Shown piece after piece: positions 39,301 to 49,384 of a stretch of 64,000 nucleotides of DNA. A program made the position numbers and the translations under genes. The stretch covers positions 124,001 to 188,000 of the forward strand of contig LSRY02000063.1 in NCBI GenBank assembly GCA_001643675.2. Direction: 5' to 3'. The first letter of the stretch is position 1. Each line of letters starts with the position of its first letter. The notes beneath the pieces are model-generated. The model was not told where the DNA came from and ran no database searches. It saw only the letters and a list, made by a program, of their open reading frames with translations. The DNA comes from Monocercomonoides exilis PA203. Its lineage: Eukaryota; Protista; Preaxostyla.

Positions 39301-41547
39301 ACCTCCATCAGACACAACAGCCACACTTGGTGAAGAAGGACTTGTTGTTGAGTTGCAATCAATCTTCAAGTTCATCAAACGAAGACGGCCACTCGTCACA
39401 CTGAACAGAGTCTCTGCTGAAGAAAGTGCTCCTGTTCCAATCGAACTCTTCTCCTTGCCTGCACCGATGACTGAAACCTTCATTGGTCCAATTTCAATTG
39501 TTGTTGCTTCGTTTTCGTGACTCCCTTCCATCAGTGTAACTGACAACCTCACCTGTATCACGCTCTTCTCAACAGCAACACCAATGGTTCGGCATGCACT
39601 TGACTCGTCCAATCCACATAACTCTTCTTCGCCACCGCCGCTCACTGCCACAAATCGATTGAGAATCCCTCTCTTCAGCCAATCCTTTTTTTCTGTGTGA
39701 TAATACGACCAACTTTTATTTGAATCTGAATAATCATAACCATAACAAACTCTTTGTTCATTTTCATTTGTGGTGTAACATTCAAAAAACGGATTGCTTG
39801 AAGACTTGAAAACATTAAATAGGTCATAAAAAATTATATCATGACCATATGGTGTGTCTGCAGAGCATTTGCATTCATGGAAAAACAGGAAATAGCAATA
39901 AATAAAATCATTTTTGGAAGATTGTCTCAAAAGATGAAATCTCATTCCTCCCCCTTCTTGTAGTGAAGAACATGAAATGAACTGAATGCTCCTCATTTTA
40001 AAATAAATTGAAGGTACAGTTGCGCAATACATGCCTCCACCATAATTATTTGAAATTGAGCATAAAGTGAAACTGCAGTCAAACACACACGCACTCTCCC
40101 CGTCTCCATTTTCTGTTGGAATACATCCTGGTTCTGAAACCTGAAAATCATTAAGGCTAAGTCCTCCTCCATATCCATTTGCTTTGCAATTCTTGAATTC
40201 ACATCCGCTGATCTGAATGCATTCTGATATCAAGAATTCACATACCCCACCTCCAATCCAAGTTTGAGCGGTGCATGAATTGAAAGAATTGTTCACAACC
40301 TCAACAGATTTAATATTATAGCAAATAATACCTCCACCTGAATAATAAGCACAGCAGTTGTTGAAAAAGCAACAAGAAACAGAAAGTTCTCCATTTTCCA
40401 GATTATGCATACAGATTGCCCCTCCGCTAGACATTCCGTCTGTAATAGAACTATTTGTTCCTGTTGTTTTCGATCCATTCCATTCACACCAAATGAATGA
40501 ATTAGCTCCATCAGTTGTTTCGTTCTGTCTCCCTGGATGCTGTTTAGCATCTTTCGATCCAATGAATTCAACGTTTCTTGTCCGGTAACATCCAACGAAT
40601 GAAGTGTTTGAGGATGTCAGAGAGGCCAAGGGGTTGTTGAGAGAAGGAACAATCCCGCCATCATATGCCTCGCAAACAGACGTAAATGAGCAACTGTTCA
40701 TCAAACATGTGGTTTGTGAAAATGCAGTTGTTGGAGGTGGACATGCATCAGGTGCTGTTGAGACGTTGAAAAAAGTGAGTTGTGAGAGAGATACAAGGGG
40801 AATAGAGGGTGAAGAGAGGAATGGGGCTGATGAGACACAAAAAGAGGAGAAATGAGAGGAACAAACTGAAACATGACATTTTTCTGAATGAACCCCTTCA
40901 AATGGTTTTGAAGAGAAGAGAGATGGGCATTTCTGAAAATGTGAATTCAAAGGGAATCGGAGAGATATGTTGGTGAACAGCCCACAACTTCCACTCAAAC
41001 AAAATGGTGGCATTTCTCCTCCAATCTCTATCCTGCATCTGCTCACTTCGATGAAACATCCTTTCGCAGCATTCAAGACACTTTGACCATCATTTGGCAC
41101 CAATCCCAGGGAGTGGAGCTTTATTGAAGAATTGCCAATCATCAAACACCCTTCAATCCAACTTTCTCCCTCAAATCTTTGTTGTTTCCTCATTTTTCGT
41201 TCATCAGACACGTTTGTTCCCCGAACCATTTCAGTTGGGCTGGCTTCTCTGAATTTGAGTTTTTCATCATTCTCTTCTTTCGAATCTCCATCCTTCCTTT
41301 TTTCACATTTCTTCGTTGTTTTCATTCCGCCTTCTCTTCCATCGTCGTTTGTTTCCAATCCAATTTCATTGACAAAAACGCCCTTTTGAAAGGTGTGCAA
41401 CCAATTTCTCTCAAGATTATCATCAATTCTTTCTTTCTTGTATTCCTTCATCTGAAATGTTTCTTCATTTGTCACACCATTGCACATACACTGAAAATAT
41501 GTTATGCAGACAAAACAGCATATTCCCGACAGCATTGAGCTAAGCAC
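33394..41547 (-). CDS. Giant single-pass surface protein: beta-helix-like repeat ectodomain, TM and degenerate C-terminal kinase-like domain
   Basis: 2,717-aa intronless ORF (first ATG at 41535, hydrophobic N-terminus). It has repeated GGG(M/I)..C..F..C and CG...PC.SI modules, a TM (YWLLIVIIMAVILMIVLIVAIAFIV), and C-lobe kinase motifs RWKAPE, VFSIGMLLWECLTLQIPF and DRPS. Confidence 0.88.
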   Translation of the reverse strand: MLSSMLSGICCFVCITYFQCMCNGVTNEETFQMKEYKKERIDDNLERNWLHTFQKGVFVNEIGLETNDDGREGGMKTTKKCEKRKDGDSKEENDEKLKFREASPTEMVRGTNVSDERKMRKQQRFEGESWIEGCLMIGNSSIKLHSLGLVPNDGQSVLNAAKGCFIEVSRCRIEIGGEMPPFCLSGSCGLFTNISLRFPLNSHFQKCPSLFSSKPFEGVHSEKCHVSVCSSHFSSFCVSSAPFLSSPSIPLVSLSQLTFFNVSTAPDACPPPTTAFSQTTCLMNSCSFTSVCEAYDGGIVPSLNNPLASLTSSNTSFVGCYRTRNVEFIGSKDAKQHPGRQNETTDGANSFIWCEWNGSKTTGTNSSITDGMSSGGAICMHNLENGELSVSCCFFNNCCAYYSGGGIICYNIKSVEVVNNSFNSCTAQTWIGGGVCEFLISECIQISGCEFKNCKANGYGGGLSLNDFQVSEPGCIPTENGDGESACVFDCSFTLCSISNNYGGGMYCATVPSIYFKMRSIQFISCSSLQEGGGMRFHLLRQSSKNDFIYCYFLFFHECKCSADTPYGHDIIFYDLFNVFKSSSNPFFECYTTNENEQRVCYGYDYSDSNKSWSYYHTEKKDWLKRGILNRFVAVSGGGEEELCGLDESSACRTIGVAVEKSVIQVRLSVTLMEGSHENEATTIEIGPMKVSVIGAGKEKSSIGTGALSSAETLFSVTSGRLRLMNLKIDCNSTTSPSSPSVAVVSDGGGSLSLEDVVITTSDTGEYVISSSLFVVPLSQLSMADVEIKDMNVSEPLFSEPEHSSKESVLSNVTIQNVKLRSGDGVVVAKNVKSEETFVVSNITIEDCECEEGNGGGMNVHFIGDGEVVVSGTSVIDGCKAENNGGRGGRGGGMFVLMESEECGLTIGENVEFSKVKENMATYGKDVFVHCGSGVFLESKVNTSSFSFFDTSVIPSDMLRLSGSENGEEDEVIPLFIYLCSMGTKVIVDGSGGNGKDHNHCGFEGFGCLTVDYCANSRLSESSKEIEVVSSSSITKEITGPSFCVIISGRIALSTSEGERMGVNVSDGGSATQEWLVGCSSSLTMSRLSFVVKGQMNPRRSAFIHSNSTLSVTNCSVSFESGALTDGKIGYNVINIEGGELIMNGFVMEGSVTTNGKSPISMSEGMRLEILNSRVSGVEVEVEGGIGGGCLNFVMKEEGGSVCIEESNISSRCSGGNGMKGGGMMISVGKGGSLEMKNVNLSECEVPTEDGEDGGRGIGGGMFVELPNQMGTFVLEGMTFEGCNAWKGKNVFVSGWNLSEVVNKENFKWEMSSEELRSFDELCGWERKTTGEEGYVIPLVVYLWDNWSGNGFVSKDGGGDFSGCGYSEVPCSSIEHLISLRYEPLGEGESHINIVGTGSLNRGISFPSPPSLTETPIVTIEGEKKGTVLKVREMDRNGEGESMVVSNVHLSFKNISFTMPNELGRHSSFIQSSSSSAMLSVASCSIDCEEERREMKYCVVRVDGGSVAIEDFMLSELSVAKGFVEFGAEVEVISVVNVSILNTTISGGSLISLTEGSHNFQFAKREERNANTVVRVNESTFTNISCGENGACIVSVDSFGVGVECVMEGCVLTKCVSEMSEEGGGVKVCLKSGESELKVRGCSFVMCECSTMDGRGGGMMIDAVDPKAESVEKEMPALGVRLENIRFVMNEAYVGKDVFIKCYSIAGQVNETLFVLDFSQDALRSNNSICGRDAVNEIDVDLIPLITFYYSPQVFVSVNGSESRQCGAQENPCQSISCSVKHIEKNLMNVLWIDGECLIGGVCEIGDLNVKSLKRAQATIHLNTMIEEDEMNGGSAIVFVDECVVERCGFVFGEMFGWDEESIVKEKDGRLEISECLFSSATMDLVMRSRIVSVESGELKMTETTFDGIHTTAPLLSFTKEGKVSMSEIGVWDVMSECSLICVGGKVDMEMKDVNFENNSVCGNESVMKMEGAEKRMSVLNCSFARCKGTDEKGRMVEICECVDVLIGSCLFDGGIKERNEQYLNDEEEMCRWDGSLVGVSNSSVMMKDATIMNSPEGGITMGGGELTVNDGRFENNNPSIEEYPSMRRNIICSDSGILNVVSLKGGDGVLPNSSLWMLNEGCSFEGIVSERDSSFFIPTLESVEAKEEANRMKLIFKGLLLIPCNLSFAVVKRKGEEKEIEKHDFDSNGFLSENEAEGSVGKDLISGCGDDVEVSVHILFENAESPSSTQSFILKNASETKQKDDEKIVEGGKGGKEGKSYWLLIVIIMAVILMIVLIVAIAFIVRWRKAKNEAKDLREIVNDNIKKDPKAFEMVTMEMSPEEQWRRAERETEKKNEERIKKRVYEKSLGHSESSEHLLSESGSTEYILGRDSDKIPQWMLEKVDEKEIEVEEARKRTPSPSISSTSATDSDSDSTFVRGEDLCPTTSSMSNLVDAMACSSPYEKLIVDLRDSLFMLLHGRNKTKEMPIGSLNEREQTAAQVLFWLANLALHSFDEMENGLSSLANLSPHIILFSEHMVICIVLHSDLLLSDDSDSDLSSISSSTIVTSVSDDDDDDDSLPSSAFEDENDFKKECLRWKAPELLINKKMGATKESVVFSIGMLLWECLTLQIPFGEYDGEGAGQKIVNGEIPALEELEANSYFETIKNCISSSAEDRPSLTQLKREFMKRFPAEMVIVTMSDAIELEESSEEKEMKKSGCEKSDESGTNSNENAAQ

Positions 41548-42809
41548 CCAAGTGAAATCTCCTTTTCTTTGTTTCCCCTGAATTCCTTTTTCTAATATGG
41601 GTAATAAACTTTGAAAGCATTCATTTCAAAAGAAAAATCGAATTTTTATTTGTAGTTGCATTTTTTCAACATTATTCAAAGGAAAACAAATTATTGTATT
41701 GATCATATGAATAATATTAATTGAAAATGCTTTTAATTTTGATGTGTTGATATTTCATCAACCAGCGAGTGGACAGCGATATAATGTGGTTTCTATGATG
41801 TTGCATTTTATTTAGAAGCATCTGAGAGAGATTAACTGAAGTGCTCAAATTTAACAATTGGTCAGTGGATTGTTCTTCAAAACATTAGTTTGTTCGAAGA
41901 ATTAAAGAGTTTTTGGAGAAATATTCACAATTTCATATTGCAGTATGATATTTTTCATTAAATTGAGAATTTGTATTTTTTGAATTTTCAAACATCAGAA
42001 ACAATGATTGATTTCTGAATTGAAGATTGAAAAGCGAATCCTGGCCGAAATGAACATTTTCAATCAAAGACATGATTCGCACAGGATTAATTTATTCAAT
42101 GATACGCATTTTGCATTTTATGAATTGTGGATGCATTTTGCATGCTTTGAGCAGAAAAAGATGCTATTTCAGTCAAAAGAGATTCGCCAAAGGCTGAAAC
42201 ACTTGAAAATGGACATTTTCAGCAAAAGCAAAGATTATATTGGAAAAGATGGATTTTGAATAAAATGTTTGCAAAATTTTTATTTTTTCGAGCAATTTCA
42301 AGAAAACAAAACCATTTGTTTGATTATTTATTGGAATGGAAATCCACATCTGCCTGCATCTATTTTTATATTTTTAATTTCGATAGAGCAATTCTAGAGC
42401 AATGGGCAACGTCTCATGCACCTTGTTTCTGGCGGATTTGTTTGACAAATTGCTTTGGTGAAAGAGGCAAAGGAAGAAAAATGAGCAGACAAACACAAGG
42501 AGCTTTGGAAAAGTGGAGAAATGATGAAGCGAGATGGAAGATGGATGAATGATATTTTTTTTTCTTTTTGGTGGAACAAATGGAAAAATGCATTGGGTGT
42601 GGGGGACAATTTGGGATTGGATTTGCTGTTGAAGTGAAGAAAGAACAAGAATTGTGCTGGTGATTGCGCAACGAAGGCACTGGATAGAGACTTGAAGTGA
42701 AGGAGATATCACTTCGATTTCATGTTCTATTTGTGTGAGTCGGCATTGAATGAGAATGCTTGGAAGCAGCAGGAGTGGAAAGGGTTATGAGCGAATTTGG
42801 GTGAGGATG

Positions 42810-42843
<34 letters not shown>

Positions 42844-44441
42844 GCAAAGCAGAGGAAAAAGAGAATCGACCACAGCAGCAGAAGGAGATTTGGGTGCACA
42901 AATCGTCATATTCACAGGTGCAACAAAAATTTCATTCGGAACGAGAAAAAAAGGAATCATGAACTGTCGACGAATAAAATTGATGTTCAATGAAATTTCA
43001 TCATCTTCATCTTCAACACAACAGTCTCCAAACACCTCTCAAACATCATCAACTCCTTCCTCACAATCTTCATTGATTGCTTTGGAAGAGCATGAAAAAC
43101 ACAAAATGGGTGGATTATCTTCTGCCACTGTTGATTTTAAGCCACCTTTCACTTCTTCCTCTCTTGTGAATTCTGGGAGGAAAATCAATACAACTTGTGG
43201 TGATTGAGCAGCAGAGAAGAAGAAGAAGAAGAAGAGAAAGGGAAAGAATCAGAATATTCTTTATGCATTCAATGTGTTCTGTTATTGTTGTCAATTTGTT
43301 CTTCTCCAACTTCATCGTCTTCTTTTTTTTCATCTATCTCTTTGTTTTTCCTCTTCAACAACTCCTTCCATTTTCATCTGTTTTGCTCTTCAATCTTCTT
43401 TGTTTCATCCATCGTCACTTGCCTTCGCTGAATTGGAAAGATACAGAATCAGATTGGATGAGCAGCCAATCTGGATCTGGCTTTTCTGACTCTTTTGCGA
43501 GAAAAGCAGGGCAGCAGGGTAAGAGAAATGTTACTCTCTTCGTTGGTCTCTCAAACGCCTTCTATTCTTTTTCGATATTTTCATCATCATCTCCTTCGTC
43601 TTCAGCAACAATCACTTATTCTCAATTTGACCGAAACGCATGGATCAACCAATTCTGCTTTTGTATCTTGTTTGAAGGATACCGTTTCGTATGTATCGCT
43701 CTTCTGCTATGTCTCTTTTTTCATCCCCCCTTTCTAAAGATGATACCAAATCAACTATCTTTTTTTTTTTTTTCTTTGTTAAAAAATGAAAATTTTGTTT
43801 GAAAAAATGATCGAGCATATAAATTATCCAACATTTTTTTCAGTTCACGAAAAAAATATATATTTATAATTTTTCCACTCCCCTTCCCACTTTCTCGTAG
43901 TTCTGTACATAATCTCTTGAAAATTTACCAATAAATAAATAAATAAATAAGCAGCGCAGTCTGCTCCTTTGAAACTTCCCCAGAAGAGAAAGCACCACAC
44001 GCCATCCAAAACAACATATGGCTGCATCTGCAGCAGCTGCAACAACACAAAACTTCAACTCCACAAAAAACGGGGAAAAAAAAGCAAGAAAAAGACAACC
44101 GAGAAATAAAAAAAATTTCATTTTTCTCGATTCGATAAGAAAAGTTCAAAGCTGTGTTTTATTTTTATTTTTAACCAATAAATACTCCTTTCCTTTCAAA
44201 CGTGAATAATAAATCAATTCTTTTTTTTTTATAATAAAAAACACATTTTCTTTTTTCCCTCCCTTCTTCAAAACGTTTCCAACTTTTTCCTTCTTCACTT
44301 CCACTTTCCTTTATTCATTCTCTCAATCATTTTCTCCTTCCTTTATTTTTTCCCTCAATTCCTCTCTTTCTCTCTTCCTCTCTCTTCCTCTCTCTCTCTC
44401 TCTTCCTCTCTCTTCCTTTTTTTTTCTCTCTCTCTCTCTCT

Positions 44442-47193
44442 CTACTTCTCAAATTTTCGTATCATATTCATCACCGAAGACCCGCCCTGTGCTGAAGATG
44501 CATCTGCTTCCTTTGCCTTGTTGTCCTCCTGCGCCCCAAGCTCTGTCTTCAGCGGCACTCCAAACGTCGGCCGCAGCTGTGGAACTTTCAGTGTGCTGTG
44601 CTGAGAATCACTGTGAGACGACGAATTGGATGCTGAATAACTCGGAGACGGGGCAGAAGAGGTGCTGGGCGAAGAGGATGAAGAGGATGAAGAAGAAGAA
44701 GAAGGATAGTGCTGATTCTGCCTCCACGAGCGTGTCTGTGTGCCTGCCCCACCACCCGAAGCAGCAGGAGAAGATGAATAGCCATACTGCGAGGGAGAAG
44801 GCGGGCGATACGATGTCGATGTCATCAGCCCTTTCTGTTGCGCATCGAATCGCCGCGCAATCGGAGACGGCGCCCGAACAGTCGACGGGGCAGACGCTGC
44901 CTCGTTGAACCTCGCCCGAATTGAGGCAATGGAAGAGGAAGAGGAAGAGGAAGAGGAAGAGGAAGAGGAAGATGCATTGGCTGGGGAGTTGGCTGGCTTG
45001 GACGAAGAATTAGAAGAAGAAGAAGAATAAGACGGTGTGACAGTTGTAGGTGTCTTATGAACTGCGCCTGCACCTGCGGCTGTGGCAGTGGCTGTCTTTG
45101 CTGCCTTCTTCTGCTCTTCGCTTTCCATCTGCTGCCGCCAGCTGCGCTGATACATCTCCAGCTCCTTTCTCTCCTGCTCCAGCTCTTCCGCCAGCTTCCT
45201 CTTCGCATCCAGCACTTTCTGCTCTTCTGCCTGCTCCTTCTCTCTCTTCTCTCGCTGAATCCGTTTCCTCTCTTTCTCCTCCTCTTCCCTCTTCCTCCTC
45301 TCCTCCTCTTCCTCCTTCTGCTGCTGCATCTGCTGCCTCCTCCTCTCCTCTGCCACTCTCTTCAGCTCTTCCTCTCTCGCCTTCGCCGCTGCATTCGACG
45401 CATCTTCTCCTTCCTCTGCTCCTTCCTCCTCCTTCCCAAGCCCTGTGAACCCAAGAATCGCCTTTGTCTCTCTTCGCATGTCTTCTTCTTCCCTCCGCTT
45501 CTTCTCCAGCGCTATCTTCTCTTCAATTGTGAGCTTCTTATCACTCTCTTGTTGCTTTGCTTCACTCACAGGCGATGATTCTGCTTTCGGTGTGGCATTC
45601 TGAGAACTCACTGGAGATGAAGAGGAAGAGGAAGATGAAGAAGGAGAAGATGATGATGATGAAGCAGGAGAAGAAGCGGGAGAAGAGGAAGAAGATAAAG
45701 ATTGGTTGCTTTCCTGTGACTGCTGTGAAGATGTTCCAAACACAGGCCGAAGCTGAGGGCGGCTGAAAGTGCCTGAAGGAGAAGAAACAGAAGAGGAAGG
45801 GGAATGATGGGCAATCGAAGGAGAAGAAGAAGAATGTGCATCTGGTGACTGAGAAGAAGAAGATGAAGTTGAAGTTGAAGAAGAAGTTGAAGGAGAAGAA
45901 GAGGAAGAGGAAGAAGAAGCAGAGGAAACAACATATTCACTCTTTGCTTTTTCTTCCTCTTTTTTTGCACATTCTGTCTGCAGAGGCGTGCCAAAGGTTG
46001 GGCGCAACTGAGGCAATTTGAGTGTTCCTGTGTTTGTGTTCTCATCTGCCTGTGGAGATGTGTTAATTGAAGAAGTACGGGAATGGGAAGAAGAGGAGGA
46101 AGAAGAGGAGGAGGAGGAAGAGGAAGGAGATGATGATGATGAAGATGAAGAGGCAGGAGAAGCAGAAGAGGTTGTAACCTTTGGCGCTGCAGTTGAAGAA
46201 GTAGTAGAAGTAGAAGTAGAAGAAGAAGAAGAAGGGGATAATGATGATGAGGAGGAGGAGGAGGAGGAGAATGATGATGGGCACGATGCTGCATTTGAAG
46301 CTGGAGCATCATCCTTTTTTATCGGCTCGTCCTCCATCAGCTCAGAGCCAGAATCAGAGTCGTCTTCCATCAAGTCAACCACAGCGGGCTTTGGGGGCGC
46401 GTCAACAACTCCCAAAAACTCGCTCAGTTTGAGCGTATGCGATGGGGTGCGGCTCACGAAACTTGCTCGAACTTTTATTGCTTTTGGATCAGAGGAATCG
46501 ATCAAAGTTTGAATTGTTGCCAACTCTGCCGAAAAGGATTGAGGAACCAATAAAATAGTTTGTTCCGATGGGAAACCAAAGTGCGATTCTAATACTTCAA
46601 TCACACATTCTTTGTCTTTTTCTGAATTTGCGTCCAAACTTCGAATATTTAAGGGCTTTGCAACCATTACAATCTCCTTCCATTTCCAATGATCTTCAAA
46701 ACAATATGAAGGAGAAGATGGTATCGTGTAGCCAAATTGTGAATCAAATTCGCTGTATGTTATTGTCAAATCATTTGTTTTTGGTATTTCTTTTCTTGCA
46801 AGCTCGACTTCCATCAAAGGTCCTTTTAAAGTTTCTAATTTTAAAAAATGTATATCAACAAAACAAGATACACAAAAACAAAACCATAGAAGACAAACTA
46901 TACGTTAGAATTTTTGCACGAAATCGAAGTTCGTTGCCAATCACAATCTTATCTGAGCTTTTCTTGATTCTGCTAGCGAACAAATGCAAAATTAAATCAG
47001 CTTCGTTTTCTATAGTTTTCTTGGGATCCATAACCAATTCAACCGTTCCTTCGTTTATGCGCTTTACAAGTCCACTCCATTTCACAATTCGATTAGCGTA
47101 TTGTGCTTCAAATTTTGCTGTTCGTTGAGCATCAATTTTATGAGAGCATTCCTTCATGTAATTACCCCAATTTAAATCACTTTTCTTTTCCAT
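44442..47193 (-). CDS. Hypothetical protein: globular N-terminus, Ser-rich regions, coiled coil and repeated PQLRPTFG motif (2 exons)
   Basis: ORFs 46855-47265 and 44442-46817 can be joined by a phase-1 intron at ~46835-46898 (GTTTGT...TTAG). The start is assumed at MEKKSD. Confidence 0.7.
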
Positions 47194-47406
47194 TTCTCCA
47201 GCAGCAACACTTTTTGTTGCTATATTTTTTGATCCAGTAAATAATAAATAATATTTCTCGTTCATTTAGTGCATTCTGGAGATATCTTTTTTCAAAAAAT
47301 AAAACAATCTCAATAATATTCGAAGAAGTGAAAAGTTCAATAAATATGAAAAAATTAAAGTAATGGTTATTATTTTTTGTGTTTTGTTTCAATTGAGTAA
47401 AAATAA

Positions 47407-48138
47407 ATGTTTTCTGGTTCCAAAGATAAGAAATTTGCTCTTTTTGGAACTGCAGTTGCATCGTTATTTGCAGCAATTGCTTTTTGGGTTTTTATTGATG
47501 GTTTGGAAATTGTTGTGTATTTAATGTTTTTAATTTTGCTTTCGGATTTTTGCAATAATATCAATACAGCTGTTGCTACTTCACCTAGAGATCCTGTGAA
47601 AGCTTATACTTATGTGTGTATTTTTTATTGGGATTATTTTATTTTAAAGTATTGTTATATAATTATATAAGGTATGCATTCTTGTGACCGTTGGTTTTGA
47701 AGTCCTGTTTGTATTATGATTTATTTTTTTCAAAAAAAATAATTTCATTTTTATTAAAAATTTACAACACTTTAGTTTGAATCTGTTGAACTGGGTATGT
47801 TGTAGTGTTTATAGTTTACACTTGAATTATGACTTTTCAGGAAACTGTCAGTGGACGTGATGAAGATGCAAAAATGTGGCAGGTGCGCATTGGCAGATTA
47901 TTGTTTTTCATATGCGTAGTTATGATGGTTGGGTTTGGAATATCGCAATATTTTTTATTCTTTAATTAATATATTTTTTAGAGGAAATCTTGGAGCATTC
48001 TTCATCATGTATTTCGGATATATTCAAACAAACTCTGTTGAATTTCATGCAGGCGTTGAAATATTTGTTTCTAGCCTTCTATTTTTATTTGGATTTGTCA
48101 TTCTTCGATTTTGCAGACAACGCTACAGATATGATTGA
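47407..48138 (+). CDS. VPS68: Vps68/TMEM50 (UPF0220) family 4-TM protein, multi-exon
   Basis: Motif order ASLFAAIAFWVFIDG ... LNLLNW ... GRLLFFI ... FIMYFGYI ... AGVEIFVSSLLFLFGFVILRFCR matches the recalled UPF0220 pattern. Several short GT-AG introns. Confidence 0.72.
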
Positions 48139-48392
48139 AATATCTAAAGACTTTAGAAAATTTTATCAATCAATGATAAAAATCTGAAGGATTGTTTAAG
48201 CTTGAGAATTTTATTTAAAATTATGTTTATAGTAGTGTTTCATTTTATAATTCATTTCAAAAATTAATATTTAAGTTTTTAAGTTTGTGGCATTGAATAT
48301 TTTTATTCAAAATTTTTTCTAATTTGTGTATTTGTTTAACATAGAAAAATATTATAAGAATATATTTGAAAGTAATAATTTCGTTTTCCTAA

Positions 48393-48474
48393 GCAAGAAT
48401 GGCCGAGCGGTCCAAGGCGCTAGTTTCAGGTACTAGTCATTTCGATGGCGTGGGTTCGAATCCCACTTCTTGCA
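48393..48474 (+). tRNA. tRNA-Leu(CAG)
   Basis: Acceptor stem GCAAGAA/TTCTTGC+A, D-arm GGCCGAGCGGTCCAAGGC, anticodon stem CTAGT/ACTAG with loop TT-CAG-GT (48427-48429), long variable arm, and GGTTCGAATCC T-arm. Confidence 0.97.
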
Positions 48475-48580
48475 GATATTTTTTGGTTGAAAAACATTTT
48501 TGATCGTTATGTGTGTAATTAAAAAATTAATCATAGATCTTACCCTAAAGAAAGAAATCTTATTTATAAACCGTTGTTAA

Positions 48581-49012
48581 ATGGGTTTGTATTTTACAAT
48601 TAACGTGGTTTAAAATTATTAAAATTGAATTTCATTTATTATTAGATTTACCACCTGCGTACAAAGATAAAGAAGAGGTTTTAAAAAGGTTATTGATTTC
48701 AATTTTATTATTATTTTGAAATTTTTAGGGAAAAGCCGCAGAAGAAGCAGCTTTATCATTTCAGAACAATATGGATGTTCAAGCACTTCCCATTCGTGCG
48801 TATTTAGATCAAACTGTTGTTCCTCTTCTGCTTCAAGGAATAACTGCTTTGGTTGCTGAAAGGTTAGTTTAATTAAGTTGTTACTTGAATAATTGTAAAA
48901 CGTATCATGATTTTTATAAATTGACAGGCCAGCAAACCCTGTTGAATATTTAGCAGCATATCTTTTGAAACATAATCCTCAAAGGTCGGATCAACCTCAA
49001 CCTCCAACTTAA
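48581..49012 (+). CDS. DPY30: Dpy-30 homolog (exons 48581-48584, 48646-48677, 48729-48862, 48928-49012)
   Basis: Spliced translation [18 protein letters not shown]...[42 protein letters not shown] contains the Dpy-30 motif. Not present in the ORF track. Confidence 0.93.
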
Positions 49013-49384
49013 AAGCATTTTTACAATCATTTCATTTTTTCTTTGATATGAAATTATATAAATCTTTCATCAAACAAAATGTGTATTATGATACTTTATG
49101 GAAAGTAGTGCAGGACTAAATTAATTTATTTCAGATTTTAATAAACTTCTTTTCATGAATAATTAGATTTTTCTTTTTCTTCGATTTTAAAAACAAAGCG
49201 CTTATGAAAAAAACTATTTCTTATGTTAAATAATATTTTCAGTTGTTTCAAATTAGTTAAAATAAAAAAAAAAGATTCCCCTTAATATTTTCATTAATTC
49301 TGAAGTTTTTGTTTTCCTATTTGTCATTCACATACACAATATTAGAAAACTTATTTATTGATTTATTTCTTGTAACATTTTTTT

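Noticed and set aside
42200-44150. Cluster of short overlapping ORFs
   Set aside because: No coherent spliced product or domain; likely degenerate gene fragments plus microsatellites.
48424-48432. Reading the tRNA anticodon as TCA (Sec/suppressor)
   Set aside because: The 7-nt loop TTCAGGT centres on CAG, and the acceptor stem is a standard 7 bp.
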